Assembly (NCBI GenBank): GCA_965216755.1
Contig: CBDCGL010000011.1
Span: 416,001 to 480,000 of the forward strand
Length of the DNA: 64,000 nucleotides
Origin: Alphaproteobacteria bacterium
GTDB taxonomy: Bacteria > Pseudomonadota > Alphaproteobacteria > UBA7887
Reading direction: 5' to 3'
Positions 61,764 to 64,000 of the stretch are shown here, piece after piece. Numbering within the stretch: position 1 is the first letter of the stretch; each line of letters starts with the position of its first letter. Both the position numbers and the translations under genes were made by a program. The notes under the pieces were generated by a model. That model did not search any database, was not told where the DNA came from, and was given only the letters and a program-made list of their open reading frames with translations.

Positions 61764-64000
61764 ATGAAGAATGGTAGCAAGTGGTTTAACGTGAGCGAAG
61801 ACTCTCGTTCGTGGGAAGATTTCTACAGAAAACGATGGAACTATGACTACAGCGTACGAACGGGTCATGGCGTAAATTGTTCTATGGCCTGCAGTTGGGA
61901 AGTGTTTGTCAAAGACGGCCTTATCTGCTGGGAACTCCAGAAGACAGACTATCCACAAATTGATCCTGACATCCCGAATGTCGAGCCGAGGGGCTGCCAG
62001 CGTGGTGTCACCGCGTCGTGGTACCCGTACAGCCCCCTACGGCCCAAGTTTCCATATATTCGTAAAGTATTATGGGACTTCTATGCCGAAGAACGCAAGA
62101 AAGGAAAGGACCCTGTTGAAGCGTATGCAAGTATTGTGGAGAACGAACAACGTTCAACCGCATACAAAACTGCGAGAGGCAAGGCCGGTTGGAAACGCGT
62201 GAGTTGGGACGAGTCGGTTGAACTTGTTGCCGCGGCCCAGATCTACACGATCAAGCGCTATGGGGCCGACCATATGGCCAATTTCTCGCCAATTCCGGCC
62301 ATGAGCTTGCTGAGTTTCCTTTCCGGGCATAGGTACAACAATCTGCTTGGTGGCATCTATTGTAGCTACTATGAGTGGTATCATGATTTGCCACATGTTT
62401 CGTCGTCTATGTTTGCAGATCAGACCGAGAACTGTGAAAGCTCTGACTGGTATCTGGGGACATATTGGGTCGTGGCCGGGTCCAACATAAACATGACGCG
62501 GACCGCAGACGCTCATTTCTTATCTGAGGCCAAATATCGCGGTTCGAAAATCGTAGTAATGTCTCCAAACTATTCGGACGTGACAAAGTATGCGGACACT
62601 TGGGTGCCACTTACGCCAGGAAGTGACGGCGCCTTTCTCATGGCCTGTATACACGTCATCTTAAAAGAATTCTATGCAGAGCGCGACACGCCGTATTTCA
62701 CAAAGTACGTGAAGCAATACACAAATTTGCCGTTCCTCGTCGTATTAGAAGAGGATGGCGATAACTATCAGATGGGTCGATTCCTGCGGGCATCGGACAT
62801 TTCCGAGTATTCTGGTGAGGAGAACGCCGATTGGAAGCTCATAATGACCGATGGCGACCAGAAGCTGCACGTGCCGACCGGAAGCATCGGCTTTAGATGG
62901 GAAAAAGAACCTACCGGAAACTGGAATCTTCAGCTCAAGAATGCAGTGACGGGAGAAGACTTCGATCCACTACTGACAGTGCTCGGAAACGATGACCAAA
63001 GGGCAACAGTTTCCTTTAGCGACTTCACCGATACCTTCAATATTGAAACAGGCAAAACGAACGGCAAAGGTCAGAAAGCAACCGCTCTGTTACGCGAGGT
63101 ACCCGCGAGACGGGTCAAGATCAGTAGTGGCAAGACCGTACTCGTCACGACAGCCTATGACCTCTTGATGGCACAGGCTGGTGTATCGCGCGGGCTTGGG
63201 GGCGATTACCCCAAAGACTACGATGATCCAATGCCGTACACACCGGCATGGCAGGAATCGCAGACGGGCGTCAGTCGCGATCTCGCCATACAAATCGGGC
63301 GAGAGTTTGCCGAGAACGCCGAAAAGACCAAAGGAAAGTCGCTTTTCATAACTGGCCCTGGGATCCAGCACTTTTACCATGGCGCATCCCTGTATTACCG
63401 CAGCGAAGCGGTAATGCTGGCCCTGTGTGGCTGCAATGGTGTGAATGGGGGCAACTTTAATCATTATGTTGGCACACAACATACGCGGTTGAACGCGGCG
63501 TTCGTAAACTTGAGCGGAGCTTTGGATTGGTCGCGCCCGCCACGCCTTATGAACAGCACATCTTTGTGGTACTTCCATACGGGCCAGTGGCGATATGACA
63601 ACATGCCTTTGGATACACAATGGGCGGACGGCGCCAAAAAGCTTCCTGCTTTCAACCACGCAGCTGATGTGAACGCGCTGGCCGTCCGATTGGGGTGGCT
63701 GCCATTCTTCCCGCAAGTCGACAAGAAGAACCCAATGGCTCTTTACAGGGAGGCAATCGAAGCCGGCTGCAAGTCCGACGAGGAAGTGAAGGCGTGGGTT
63801 GTCAAGCAGTTCAAAGATGGCAAGTTGGATTTTGCAATTCGCGATGTTGATGCGCCCGAAAACCGCCTGAAAATGGTGACGGTCTATCGGGGCAATCTTA
63901 TCGGCACAAGTATGCGCGGCCATGAGTTGGCGCTCAAACATTTCCTTGGTACGCATAACAACGTTCTATGGGATGAAGAACCGGCCAAGGATCTGGTTAA
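61764..64000 (+). CDS. narG: NarG-like molybdopterin oxidoreductase alpha subunit (5' part; runs off the window; absent from the ORF track)
   Basis: Hand translation is open from ATG 61764 to the end: SRSWEDFYRKRW, HGVNCSMACSW, EPRGCQRG, FSPIPAMS, WYHDLP, TRTADAHF, YTPAWQE, HYVG, YRGNLIG..GHE. No Tat leader. Confidence 0.85.
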   Translation, partial: MKNGSKWFNVSEDSRSWEDFYRKRWNYDYSVRTGHGVNCSMACSWEVFVKDGLICWELQKTDYPQIDPDIPNVEPRGCQRGVTASWYPYSPLRPKFPYIRKVLWDFYAEERKKGKDPVEAYASIVENEQRSTAYKTARGKAGWKRVSWDESVELVAAAQIYTIKRYGADHMANFSPIPAMSLLSFLSGHRYNNLLGGIYCSYYEWYHDLPHVSSSMFADQTENCESSDWYLGTYWVVAGSNINMTRTADAHFLSEAKYRGSKIVVMSPNYSDVTKYADTWVPLTPGSDGAFLMACIHVILKEFYAERDTPYFTKYVKQYTNLPFLVVLEEDGDNYQMGRFLRASDISEYSGEENADWKLIMTDGDQKLHVPTGSIGFRWEKEPTGNWNLQLKNAVTGEDFDPLLTVLGNDDQRATVSFSDFTDTFNIETGKTNGKGQKATALLREVPARRVKISSGKTVLVTTAYDLLMAQAGVSRGLGGDYPKDYDDPMPYTPAWQESQTGVSRDLAIQIGREFAENAEKTKGKSLFITGPGIQHFYHGASLYYRSEAVMLALCGCNGVNGGNFNHYVGTQHTRLNAAFVNLSGALDWSRPPRLMNSTSLWYFHTGQWRYDNMPLDTQWADGAKKLPAFNHAADVNALAVRLGWLPFFPQVDKKNPMALYREAIEAGCKSDEEVKAWVVKQFKDGKLDFAIRDVDAPENRLKMVTVYRGNLIGTSMRGHELALKHFLGTHNNVLWDEEPAKDLV

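Overview
This window is from an alphaproteobacterial chromosome. It opens with a core block (gyrA-coaD-cyclophilin-queA-tgt-tRNA-Lys(UUU), 567-6838) and then runs into about 57 kb of accessory DNA that starts exactly at the tRNA 3' end. In order it holds: nested IS481/IS5 elements in the tRNA CCA end; an att-like scar; a small defence-type cassette (GmrSD-like DUF262/DUF1524 nuclease, TIGR02391/Ymh protein, membrane protein) interleaved with two paralogous small genes that each carry an alphaproteobacterial LexA-like box; a Wzx/Wzy polysaccharide locus (14.2-35.8 kb) with an unusual nucleotidyltransferase-kinase / kinase / AsnB-like tailoring trio, a priming transferase with a PilZ-like tail and a 462-bp multi-hairpin inverted-repeat element; an IS-rich stretch (IS1380, IS3, IS481, IS21, IS2-like) with an orphan NosR-like gene and two class III cyclase-TolB-TPR genes; phoX; and, at the right edge, hemerythrin / PAS-SARP regulator / small protein / cytochrome c / a NarG-like molybdoenzyme. 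That last gene is missing from the ORF track because it runs off the window, and its active-site motifs are clearly remodelled relative to canonical NarG. Family calls come from motif recognition by eye; no searches were run.
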